A stretch of 64,000 bases of DNA from Trueperaceae bacterium. Its GTDB lineage: Bacteria > Deinococcota > Deinococci > Deinococcales > Trueperaceae. Under the pieces are notes generated by a model, which was given only the letters and a program-made list of their open reading frames with translations, did no database searches and was not told the origin of the DNA. Numbering within the stretch: position 1 is the stretch's first letter; each line of letters opens with the position of its first letter. The stretch covers positions 96,001-160,000 of the forward strand of contig JAXHNB010000005.1 in assembly GCA_034520945.1 (NCBI GenBank). The letters are read 5' to 3'. The position numbers were made by a program, and so were the translations under genes. Shown in pieces: positions 9,381-17,960 of this stretch.

Positions 9381-10795
9381 AGATGCTGCTCGAAGATCGC
9401 TGGGTGGACCGCAATGAGCGCATCGAGGTGCGGAACCCCGAGAGCGCCGCGGTCGTGGACACGGTGCCGCGCGGGGACGCGGCCGACGCCGAGCGCGCGT
9501 TGACGCACGCCGAGAGCGGCGCGCGGGCCGCCGGCGCCCTGCCGGTGCACGAGCGCATGCGCATCCTTCACGCCGCGGCCGACGCCGTGCTGGACACGCA
9601 CGAGACGTTCGCGCGCCGGATCGCGACCGAGGGGATCAAGACCATCCGCGAGGCGCGCCGCGAGGCGACGCGGTGCGCCGACACGCTGCGCCTGTCCGCC
9701 GAGGAGGCCCGCCGCGCGCACGGCGAGACGGTGCCGTTCGACCAGCGGCCCGGCTCCGAGGGGCGCGTCGGGTACTGGCGTCCCGTCCCGGTCGGCATCG
9801 TGGTGGCCATCACGCCGTTCAACGACCCGCTGAACCTGGTCGCGCACAAGCTGGGGCCCGCCTTGGCGGCCGGCAACGCCGTGGTGCTCAAACCCGACTC
9901 GCGCACGCCCCTCTCCGCCCTGGCGTTGGCGGAGGTCCTGTTCGAGGCGGGGCTCCCAGACGGCATGCTGCAGGTGATCACCGGCCCCGGCTCGGACATC
10001 GGGCCGACTCTGGTCGGCGACCGGCGCGTGCGGACCGTATCGTTCACCGGCGGGCGCGACACCGGCGAGCGGATCGCCCGGCAGGCCGGCCTGAAGAAGC
10101 TCAGCATGGAGCTCGGCTCCAACGCGCCGGCCCTGGTCATGGAGGACGCCGACCTCGACGTGGCGGTGCCCGCCTGCGTCGCCGGCGCCTTCGCCGCGGC
10201 GGGCCAGAACTGCCTGCACGTTCAGCGCGTGTTCGTGCACCGCGCCTGCGCGGACGCGTTCACGGCCCGATTCGTGGAGGGCGCCCGGGCGGTGCGGACC
10301 GGCCCCAAGCTCGACGAGGCCACCGACATGGGGCCCATGATCGACGAGGAGGCCGCCCGGCGCGTCGAGGCCCTGGTGCAGGACGCCGCCGGCGCCGGGG
10401 CCGAGCTGCTGCAGGGTGGGACGCGCGAGGGCAGCGTCATGGCGCCCACCGTGATGGCCGGGGTACCGCCCACGCACGAGCTGGCGCGCGACGAGGTGTA
10501 CGGCCCCGTGACCCTGATCGAGACGTTCCGTGATCCCGCCGAGGCGGTCGCGCGCGCCAACGACGTGGACTTCGGACTCCAGGCGGGGGTGTTCACCCGC
10601 GACCTCGCCGCCGCGCACCGCCTGGCCGACGCACTCCGCTACGGAGGCGTTATGATCAACGACAGCAGCGACTATCGCATCGACGCCATGCCGTTCGGCG
10701 GATTCAAGGGATCCGGCCTGGGGCGGGAGGGCGTACGTTTCGCGATGGAGGCCATGACCGAACCGAAGCTGGTGTGCTTCACGCTGTCCCCTTGA
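9377..10795 (+). CDS. NAD(P)-dependent aldehyde dehydrogenase
   Basis: [22 protein letters not shown] (catalytic Glu), GQNC (catalytic Cys), [20 protein letters not shown]. Confidence 0.92.
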   Translation: MKMLLEDRWVDRNERIEVRNPESAAVVDTVPRGDAADAERALTHAESGARAAGALPVHERMRILHAAADAVLDTHETFARRIATEGIKTIREARREATRCADTLRLSAEEARRAHGETVPFDQRPGSEGRVGYWRPVPVGIVVAITPFNDPLNLVAHKLGPALAAGNAVVLKPDSRTPLSALALAEVLFEAGLPDGMLQVITGPGSDIGPTLVGDRRVRTVSFTGGRDTGERIARQAGLKKLSMELGSNAPALVMEDADLDVAVPACVAGAFAAAGQNCLHVQRVFVHRACADAFTARFVEGARAVRTGPKLDEATDMGPMIDEEAARRVEALVQDAAGAGAELLQGGTREGSVMAPTVMAGVPPTHELARDEVYGPVTLIETFRDPAEAVARANDVDFGLQAGVFTRDLAAAHRLADALRYGGVMINDSSDYRIDAMPFGGFKGSGLGREGVRFAMEAMTEPKLVCFTLSP

Positions 10796-10844
10796 CCGGC
10801 CTGGCGGGCGCTCGAGGCACACCCACTCCGCGAAAGGGCTCGAC

Positions 10845-11681
10845 GTGAGCGATTCCCACGCTTCCCCCGTGACCGCCCCCGAGCGCGCGAAGACGTCCGC
10901 GCCCGACGGCCGTCCGCCCATGATCGTGTTCGACAAGGTCCGCAAGGCGTTCGGCGACCTGGTGGTGCTCGACGACCTCGACTTCCAAGCGGCCGAGAAC
11001 GAGAAGGTCGCCATCATCGGGCCCAGCGGCTCGGGCAAGACCACCATCCTCCGCGTGCTGATGACGCTGGTGCGGCCCGACCGCGGTCACGTGTACGTGG
11101 ACGGCCAGTCCCTGTGGCACATGAACGTGGGCGGCAAGGAGGTGCCCGCCACCGAGAAGCACCTTCACGCCATCCGCAGCGACATCGGCATGGTGTTCCA
11201 GCACTTCAACCTGTTCCCGAACATGAACGTGCTGCGCAACGTCACCGAGGCGCCGGTGCACGTGCGCGGCGTCCCGAAGGCCGAGGCCCGCCAGCGCGGC
11301 CTGGACCTGCTCGAGATGGTGGGGCTCAGCGACAAGGCCGACGCGTTTCCCGAACAGCTCTCTGGCGGCCAGAAGCAGCGTGTCGCGATCGCACGGGCGT
11401 TGGCGATGGAACCGAAGGTGATGCTGTTCGACGAGGTCACCAGCGCGCTGGACCCAGAACTGATCGGCGAGGTGCTGGCCATCCTGCGCAAGCTGGCGAC
11501 CGAGACCCAGATGACGATGCTGATCGTCACGCACGAGATGGGCTTCGCCAAGGACGTCGCCGACCGCGTGATCTTCTTCGACGCTGGGCAGGTGGCGGAG
11601 GAGGGCCCGCCCGACAAGATGTTCACCCAGCCGGAGAACCCTCGCACCCAGGAGTTCCTGCGGGCGGTGCTTCAGCACTAG
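10845..11681 (+). CDS. ehuA: Ectoine/hydroxyectoine ABC transporter ATP-binding protein
   Basis: [47 protein letters not shown]; EhuA-type insert ([18 protein letters not shown]); operon context. Confidence 0.88.
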   Translation: MSDSHASPVTAPERAKTSAPDGRPPMIVFDKVRKAFGDLVVLDDLDFQAAENEKVAIIGPSGSGKTTILRVLMTLVRPDRGHVYVDGQSLWHMNVGGKEVPATEKHLHAIRSDIGMVFQHFNLFPNMNVLRNVTEAPVHVRGVPKAEARQRGLDLLEMVGLSDKADAFPEQLSGGQKQRVAIARALAMEPKVMLFDEVTSALDPELIGEVLAILRKLATETQMTMLIVTHEMGFAKDVADRVIFFDAGQVAEEGPPDKMFTQPENPRTQEFLRAVLQH

Positions 11682-11726
11682 GCACGGCCGTGCCGGAGCT
11701 GAAGGGTGAACCGCTCTTCATCGCGA

Positions 11727-11756
11727 TTGGACGCCGGGGCCGGTTCGCGCTATCCT
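11727..11756 (+). promoter_or_regulatory. Possible internal promoter upstream of ehuB
   Basis: TTGGAC, 18 nt spacer, TATCCT within a 325-nt intergenic gap. Confidence 0.4.
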
Positions 11757-12006
11757 GGGTCACGCCGGTGTCCGCAGGCGCTCGACCTTGCCGCGCCACG
11801 AGCGTCGCGCCCCATGGAACCATTCCCCCCAGGTGCGCGACGTCCTCGCGGAGAGGCATGCGTGAGGCGCACGCCACGGAGCGGCCCCCCCGGGCTGCCT
11901 CCGCGCACGTCACCGGCGCTGTCCCGCCGATGGACGGGCCGGCCGACATACGCGCAGCGGCGACCCGCCGCCTGCGTTTCGCCCAGCAAGATCGGAGGTT
12001 CGACAC

Positions 12007-12867
12007 ATGAACAGCGGATTCGCACGCCTTCTCGCCGCCACGCTGCTGCTCGGCATGATCATGAGCTTCGGCTTCGCCCAGCGCTCCCTGTCCGAGATTC
12101 AGGAGAGCGGCCAGGTCACCGTCGTCACCGCCAACGAGATCCCCTACGGGTGGATCGACGACGACGGCGTGCCGCACGGCATCGCCCCCGAAACCGCCGT
12201 GGCGGTGCTCGAGAGCATGGGCATCGACGACATCGAGTGGACCGTCACCGAGTTCGGCTCTCTGATCCCCAGCATCCTGGCCGGCCGGGCCGACATGACG
12301 GCCGCCAGCATGGCGATCCTGCCGGAGCGCTGTGAGCAGGTCGACTACGCCCGCCCGAACTCCAGCTACGGGGAAGGCTTCCTGGTCGAAGCCGGCAACC
12401 CCAAGGACATCCACAGCTACGAGGACTTCCTCGAGAACCCCGACCTGACCATGGGCATCGTGTCCGGCGCGGACCAGCTCGAGTTCGCTCAGGAGATCGG
12501 CATTCCCGGCGGCCAGCTGTCGTTCCTGAACGCCAACGCCGACGCGCCCTCGGCCGTCGTCACCGGCCGCATCGACGCCTACGCCGCGACCAGCGCGACG
12601 GTCGCCGAACTGGCGGCCAGCTCCGATCGCGTGGAGGGCGCCGATCCGTTCGAAGCCCCCATCATCGGCGGCGATCCGGTCCGCAGCTGGGGCAGCTTCA
12701 ACTTCCACCCCGAGGCGGACGCCTTCCGCACAGCCTTCGACGAGGCGCTGGGCGAGTTCCAGCAATCCGACGAGTGGCGCGAGATTCACCTGAGCCACGG
12801 CTTCACCGAGTCGGACGTGAACTCCGCCCTGGCGGCGAGCACCGAGGAGCTCTGCAGCCCCGAGTGA
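12007..12867 (+). CDS. ehuB: Ectoine/hydroxyectoine ABC transporter substrate-binding protein
   Basis: Signal peptide; ANEIPYG, TEFGSLIP, MAILPERCEQV, GNPKDIHSYED, terminal TEELC; GGAGG SD. Confidence 0.88.
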   Translation: MNSGFARLLAATLLLGMIMSFGFAQRSLSEIQESGQVTVVTANEIPYGWIDDDGVPHGIAPETAVAVLESMGIDDIEWTVTEFGSLIPSILAGRADMTAASMAILPERCEQVDYARPNSSYGEGFLVEAGNPKDIHSYEDFLENPDLTMGIVSGADQLEFAQEIGIPGGQLSFLNANADAPSAVVTGRIDAYAATSATVAELAASSDRVEGADPFEAPIIGGDPVRSWGSFNFHPEADAFRTAFDEALGEFQQSDEWREIHLSHGFTESDVNSALAASTEELCSPE

Positions 12868-12874
12868 CCCGCCC

Positions 12875-12902
12875 GCAGGCCCGCTTCGGCGGGCCTGCTT
12901 TT
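12875..12902 (+). terminator. Intra-operon stem-loop / intrinsic terminator after ehuB
   Basis: GCAGGCCCGC-TTCG-GCGGGCCTGC, a perfect 10-bp stem with a UUCG loop, followed by TTTT. Confidence 0.8.
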
Positions 12903-12965
12903 CTATCTTGGTTCCCCGCCGTATGACGTTCGGCGCTCCGCCGGACCGCGACGCCTGGAGGCCTC

Positions 12966-13637
12966 GTGGAAGACCTGCAGCAAATGCTCACCCCCTTGAT
13001 GCGGGGTACGGTCGTGACGCTGCAACTCGCGCTGATCTCGACCGTGTTCGGCGGCATCCTCTCCTTCGCCGCCGGCATCGGCAAGCTGTCGCAGAACGGG
13101 TTCGTCCGGGCGGCGTCGGTCGCGTACATCGAGATCTTCCGCGGCACCTCGCTGCTGGTCCAGATGTTCTGGCTGTTCTTCGCGTTGCCGATCATCGGCG
13201 TCCGGTTCGAGCCCATGACCGCCGGCATTCTGGCTCTCTCGCTCAACATCGGGGCGTACGGCGCCGAGGTGGTCCGCGGTGCCATCCAGTCCGTGCCCAC
13301 CGGCCAGTACGAAGCGGCCGTCGCCGTGAACTTCACGCGGCGCTTCACCCTCTGGAACGTGGTGCTGCCCCAGGCACTGGTCGAGATGATGCCGCCGTTC
13401 GGCAACCTGGTCGTCCAGAACCTGAAGGACACCGCGCTGGTGTCGCTGATCACCCTGGGTGACCTGACCTTTCGCGCCCAGAACTACCGCAACCTCACGC
13501 TCGAGACCATTCCCGTGTTCACCGCCACGCTGTTGATCTACTTTGCGCTGGCGCTGGTGCTCATGGGGGTCATGCGCTGGCTCGAAGGGTGGATCGCGCG
13601 GCGCGTCGGCGTGGTGCACGGCAGGGCGAGCGCCTGA
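12966..13637 (+). CDS. ehuC: Ectoine/hydroxyectoine ABC transporter permease
   Basis: YIEIFRGTSLLVQMFWLFFALP, GAYGAEVVRGAIQSVP.GQYEA. Confidence 0.88.
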   Translation: MEDLQQMLTPLMRGTVVTLQLALISTVFGGILSFAAGIGKLSQNGFVRAASVAYIEIFRGTSLLVQMFWLFFALPIIGVRFEPMTAGILALSLNIGAYGAEVVRGAIQSVPTGQYEAAVAVNFTRRFTLWNVVLPQALVEMMPPFGNLVVQNLKDTALVSLITLGDLTFRAQNYRNLTLETIPVFTATLLIYFALALVLMGVMRWLEGWIARRVGVVHGRASA

Positions 13638-14329
13638 TGCTGTTCGGCATCGAGTGGGACACCAGCACCACCCTAAGCTTCGCCACCACGATCTTCCCGA
13701 TCCTGTTGCGCGGGTTGTGGGTCACCCTCCAGGCGACCGTGCTGGGCTTCGCCATCGCCCTGGTAGTGGGCCTGATCCTGGCGCTGCTCCGCATGGCGCC
13801 CAGCCGCCTCGTGTCGTGGCCCGTCGCCGTGTTCCTGGAGTTCGTGCGCGACACGCCGCTGCTGGTGCAGCTGTACTTTTTGTTCTTCGTGCTGCCCGAG
13901 ATCGGCATCGTGCTGCCGGCGTTCCTGACCGGCGCGATCGCGCTGGGCATCCAGTACTGCGGCTACACCGCCGAGGTGTACCGCGCCGGCATCGAGGCCA
14001 TCCCGCGCGGCCAGTGGGAGGCCGCCACCGCCCTCAACATGCCCGCCCGCCTGACCTACCGGCACGTGGTGGTCCCGCAGGCGATCCCTCGGATCGTCCC
14101 GGCGCTGGGCAACTACCTCGTCTCCATGCTCAAGGACACCGCCATCCTGTCCGCCATCACCGTCCTGGAGATGCTGTCGGTCGCCAAGATCATCGGCGAC
14201 CGCACCTTCCGCTACTTCACGCCCATCACCATGGTTGGCGCGCTGTTCCTGATCGTCACGCTGGCCTCGGCCTGGCTGGTCCGCATCATCGAACACCGCC
14301 TGCCGAAGACCGGCATTCCGCTGCGTTGA
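13637..14329 (+). CDS. ehuD: Ectoine/hydroxyectoine ABC transporter permease
   Basis: MLFGIEWD, EFVRDTPLLVQLYFLFFVLP, YTAEVYRAGIEAIPRGQWEA; TGATG overlap with ehuC. Confidence 0.88.
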   Translation: MLFGIEWDTSTTLSFATTIFPILLRGLWVTLQATVLGFAIALVVGLILALLRMAPSRLVSWPVAVFLEFVRDTPLLVQLYFLFFVLPEIGIVLPAFLTGAIALGIQYCGYTAEVYRAGIEAIPRGQWEAATALNMPARLTYRHVVVPQAIPRIVPALGNYLVSMLKDTAILSAITVLEMLSVAKIIGDRTFRYFTPITMVGALFLIVTLASAWLVRIIEHRLPKTGIPLR

Positions 14330-14333
14330 ATGC

Positions 14334-15341
14334 ATGCATGATCCCCTGCCCCCCTCGGCCCGGGACGTGTGGCGCGCACGCGCCCGCATCCAAGGGCTGA
14401 TTCGGCGCACCCCCCTGCTGCCGGCCCCCGAGTTCGCTGCGCACGACGGCGCTGCGCCGGCCGTCTGGATCAAGGACGAGACGCGGCAGCCCACCGGCGC
14501 GTTCAAGATCCGTGGCGCCGCCAGCGCGTTGCGCGCCTTGCCGGACGACGTCGTGGCGCGCGGCGTGGTCGCCGTCTCCACCGGCAATCACGGCCGGGCC
14601 GTCGCGCACGTGGCGCGCGCCCTCGGCGTCCCCGCCCGCGTCTACGTCTCCTCGCGCGTGCCCCCCGACAAGCTGGACGCCCTCCGCGCCGCCGGCGCCC
14701 GGGTCGAGGTGCACGGCGATTCGCAGGACCAGGCCGAGGACGCCGCCCGCGCCCGCGTGGAGACGGACGGTGGCACGCTGATCCCGCCGTTCGACCACGT
14801 AGGCGTCATCGCCGGCCAAGGCACCCTCGGCCTCGAACTGCTGGAGGACCTGCCGGACCTTGACACCGTCCTCGCGCCCCTCTCCGGCGGCGGCCTGATC
14901 GCCGGCGTGGCGCGCGCCGTCAAGGCCGTCGCCCCCGACGTGCGCGTGGTGGGCGTATCGATGGAGGCCGGCGCCGCCATGCACGCCAGCCTGTCGGCGG
15001 GCCGCATCGTCGAGACGCCGGAGGCCGACACGCTGGCCGACAGCCTGCAAGGGGGGCTCGGGCGAAGCAACCGCTACACCTTCGCGCTGGTGCGCGCGCT
15101 GGTCGACGACGTGCTCTTGGTCGGCGAACGCGCGCTGGCCGAGGCGATGCGCCACGCCTTCCACCACCACCGGCTGGTCCTGGAGGGAGGCGGCGCCGCG
15201 GCCCTGGCGGCGCTGACCTCCGGCGCGACCCACGTGCGCGGGCCCACAGCCGTGATCGCGTCGGGATCCAACGTCGGCGCAGGGGCGTTCGCGCGGGTGC
15301 TGAGCGGCCGCACGCCTGCTGGAGAGGAACATCGCGCGTGA
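14334..15341 (+). CDS. eutB: Hydroxyectoine utilization dehydratase (threonine dehydratase fold)
   Basis: KDETRQPTGAFKIRGA, STGNHGRA, GDSQDQA, SGGGLIAG, TLADSLQGG; follows ehuD. Confidence 0.85.
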   Translation: MHDPLPPSARDVWRARARIQGLIRRTPLLPAPEFAAHDGAAPAVWIKDETRQPTGAFKIRGAASALRALPDDVVARGVVAVSTGNHGRAVAHVARALGVPARVYVSSRVPPDKLDALRAAGARVEVHGDSQDQAEDAARARVETDGGTLIPPFDHVGVIAGQGTLGLELLEDLPDLDTVLAPLSGGGLIAGVARAVKAVAPDVRVVGVSMEAGAAMHASLSAGRIVETPEADTLADSLQGGLGRSNRYTFALVRALVDDVLLVGERALAEAMRHAFHHHRLVLEGGGAAALAALTSGATHVRGPTAVIASGSNVGAGAFARVLSGRTPAGEEHRA

Positions 15342-16291
15342 ATCAGGTGCGGGTGCTGGCCAAGGACGAACTGGTTCGCCAGGCGCCGCTGACGCTCGAA
15401 GTGGCGGACGAGATCGCCGACGGGTTCGAGCGCCTGGCCGCCGGCGAGGTGCGGCAGCCCCCGGTGACGTCATTGGAGATCCCCGAGGCAGAGGGCGAGC
15501 TGGACGTCAAGACGGCGTACGTGCCCGGCTGGGACTCGTTCTGCGTCAAGTTGTCCACGGGCTTCTTCCGCAACCCGGAGCTGGGCCTCCCCTCGGCCTC
15601 GGGCCTGATGGTGGTCCTGTCGGCCGAGACGGGCCGCCCCTTGGCGGTGCTGCTGGACGACGGCTACCTCACCGAACTCCGCACCGCCGCCGCCGGCGCG
15701 GTCGCCGCCGACGCCTTGGCGCGGCCCGACGCCCGCCACGTCGCCATCCTCGGGGCCGGTGCGCAGGCCCGCTGGCAGCTGGACGCGCTCCGCCTGGTGC
15801 GCAACGTGACGCACGTGGACGTGTGGGCGCGCCGCCCCGCCGCGGCCAAAGCCTTCGCCCGGGCCGCGCGCAAGGAAACCGGCCTGATCGTCACGCCCAG
15901 CACGAGCGTCGCAGACGCGGTGGCCGACGCCGACGTCGTCGTCACGGCCACGCCTGCGCGGGAGCCGCTCCTCTACGCCGACATGCTCCCCCCCGGCGTG
16001 CACGTCACCGCCATGGGGGCCGACGCCGCCGGCAAGCGCGAACTGGCCGCGGACGTGCTGCGCGCGGCCGACGTGCTGGTGGTCGACGCGCTGGCGCAGA
16101 GCCGCACCCTCGGCGAGCTGCAGCACGCCGACGACGCGACGGCCGCCAGGGCGATCCTGCTCGGCGACGTGCTGGCGGGCGAGGCCCCCGGCCGGCGCAC
16201 GGATGCCGACGTCACCGTCTGCGACCTGACGGGCACCGGCGTGCAGGACACGGTCGTCGCCCGCTGGGTGTTGGCCCGACTGGAGGGGTAG
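15338..16291 (+). CDS. eutC: Ornithine cyclodeaminase-family ectoine utilization protein
   Basis: GELDVKTAYVPG, STGFFRNPELGLPS, GYLTELRTAAAGA, DLTGTGVQD. Confidence 0.85.
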   Translation: MNQVRVLAKDELVRQAPLTLEVADEIADGFERLAAGEVRQPPVTSLEIPEAEGELDVKTAYVPGWDSFCVKLSTGFFRNPELGLPSASGLMVVLSAETGRPLAVLLDDGYLTELRTAAAGAVAADALARPDARHVAILGAGAQARWQLDALRLVRNVTHVDVWARRPAAAKAFARAARKETGLIVTPSTSVADAVADADVVVTATPAREPLLYADMLPPGVHVTAMGADAAGKRELAADVLRAADVLVVDALAQSRTLGELQHADDATAARAILLGDVLAGEAPGRRTDADVTVCDLTGTGVQDTVVARWVLARLEG

Positions 16292-16637
16292 GAGCCGGGA
16301 GGCGCCGCGCCGCGGTGTCACGTGGGTGGTTCGTTCGTGAGCCCCTTGCAACTGCGCGAGGCTGCATAGGTCCGTGTACTAGGCGCATACGTCTCACCAT
16401 CCCGTCAGCGCCGAACATACGCCCCCCTGGGGCCCAGTGCCGCGCCGACGGCATGCGCCACATGTGGCACATTCGGCCGCGAAACGCGCGCACGTTTCGG
16501 GGCAGCCCGCAGGTGCCTCCCCGCGGGGCGGTGGGCGGTACGCTGGCCGGCGGACCGGTGGGGCCCTCGTGCGTCGCGACCGCCGCGACGGGACCCCCCT
16601 TGCACCACGCACCTTCGAGCCTTCGAGGAGGATCCCC

Positions 16638-17636
16638 ATGCCCATCCGCCACGTACGTCTCGGCACGCACGGCGTGCTCGTCAGCAACCTGTGCCTCGGC
16701 ACCATGAACTTCGGGTGGCACACCTCGCAAGAGGATTCGTTCCGCATCATGGACCGCGCGCTGGAGCTCGGCATCAACTTCTTCGACACCGCCGACGTGT
16801 ACGGGCGCGGCGGGCAGCACGGCGACACCGAGATCATCCTCGGCAACTGGTTCGCGCAGGGCGGGGGGCGCCGGGACGCCGTCGTGCTGGCCAGCAAGGT
16901 GTACAACCCGGTGCAGCGGGACGAGAACCGCCCGGAACCGAACACGGACGGGCGCAGCCTGTCCGCGTACAAGATCCACAAGCACGCGGAGGGCAGCCTG
17001 CGGCGCCTGCAGACCGACCGCATCGATCTCTACCAGATGCACCACATCGACCGGAACTGCCCATGGGACGAAGCGTGGCAGGCCTTCGACAGCCTGGTGC
17101 AACGCGGTCACATCGTTTACGTCGGGTCCAGCAACTTCGCGGGCTGGGACATCGCCACCGCCTGTCAGGAGGCGTCCAAGCGCGGCCGGATGGGCCTGGC
17201 CAGCGAGCAGAGCATCTACCACCTGAACAACCGCACCGTCGAGCTGGAGGTCATTCCCGCCTGCGAGCACTACGGCCTCGGCCTGTTGCCGTGGAGCCCG
17301 CTGGGTGGCGGCCTGCTCGGCGGCGCGCTCGGCAAGATCGACGAGGGGCGCCGCATGAGCGACAGCTTCATGAAGCGCCTGGAGATGGAGCGCGACAAGA
17401 TCGAGCGCTACGAAGCGTTGTGCCGCGAGCTGGGCGAGGAGCCGGCCACGATCGCCCTGGCCTGGCTGCTGCACGTGCCCGCGGTCACGGCGCCGATCAT
17501 CGGGCCACGCACCGTCGAACAACTGGAGAGCGCGGTGCGCGCCACGGAAGTCACCCTCGACGAGGCGACGTTGGCGCGCCTGGACGAGATCTTCCCCGGG
17601 CCCGGCGGGGACGCGCCGGGGGCGTACGCCTGGTAA
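16638..17636 (+). CDS. Aldo/keto reductase
   Basis: LCLGTMNFG, GINFFDTADVYG, SLRRLQTDRIDLYQMHH, LPWSPLGGGLL; GAGGAGG SD. Confidence 0.93.
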   Translation: MPIRHVRLGTHGVLVSNLCLGTMNFGWHTSQEDSFRIMDRALELGINFFDTADVYGRGGQHGDTEIILGNWFAQGGGRRDAVVLASKVYNPVQRDENRPEPNTDGRSLSAYKIHKHAEGSLRRLQTDRIDLYQMHHIDRNCPWDEAWQAFDSLVQRGHIVYVGSSNFAGWDIATACQEASKRGRMGLASEQSIYHLNNRTVELEVIPACEHYGLGLLPWSPLGGGLLGGALGKIDEGRRMSDSFMKRLEMERDKIERYEALCRELGEEPATIALAWLLHVPAVTAPIIGPRTVEQLESAVRATEVTLDEATLARLDEIFPGPGGDAPGAYAW

Positions 17637-17717
17637 GGGGCGAGGGTCGGCAGGAGGGTGCGCCACATGCGGCGCACCCTCGCCGCAAGCGCGCGACCCG
17701 ACGACGCACCATGCACG

Positions 17718-17751
17718 TAGATCCGCCCCCGACGAATCGGAGGCGGATCTA
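17718..17751 (-). terminator. Stem-loop downstream of tRNA-Ala
   Basis: Minus strand TAGATCCGCCTCCGA-TTCG-TCGGGGGCGGATCTA, a 15-bp stem with one G.U pair; no U-tract. Confidence 0.55.
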
Positions 17752-17781
17752 AGCAGCTACCGTGTGGGACGGCGTTTCCGC

Positions 17782-17857
<76 letters not shown>

Positions 17858-17868
17858 AAGCGTTCTGG

Positions 17869-17897
17869 AGCGTACCGCAAGGCTCGGTAGGTGTCAA
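17869..17897 (-). promoter_or_regulatory. Sigma70 promoter of tRNA-Ala
   Basis: Minus strand TTGACA, 17 nt spacer, TACGCT. Confidence 0.8.
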
Positions 17898-17960
17898 CGA
17901 ACCGCGACGCAGACGCGCGGTGTCGCGGGGGGAGGGGCGCGCGGGGGTATGCTTGGGGCG

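Noticed and set aside
16638..17636. Aldo/keto reductase as part of the ectoine pathway
   Set aside because: Separated from eutC by ~345 nt with its own upstream signals, and it is a generic family; no evidence of linkage.
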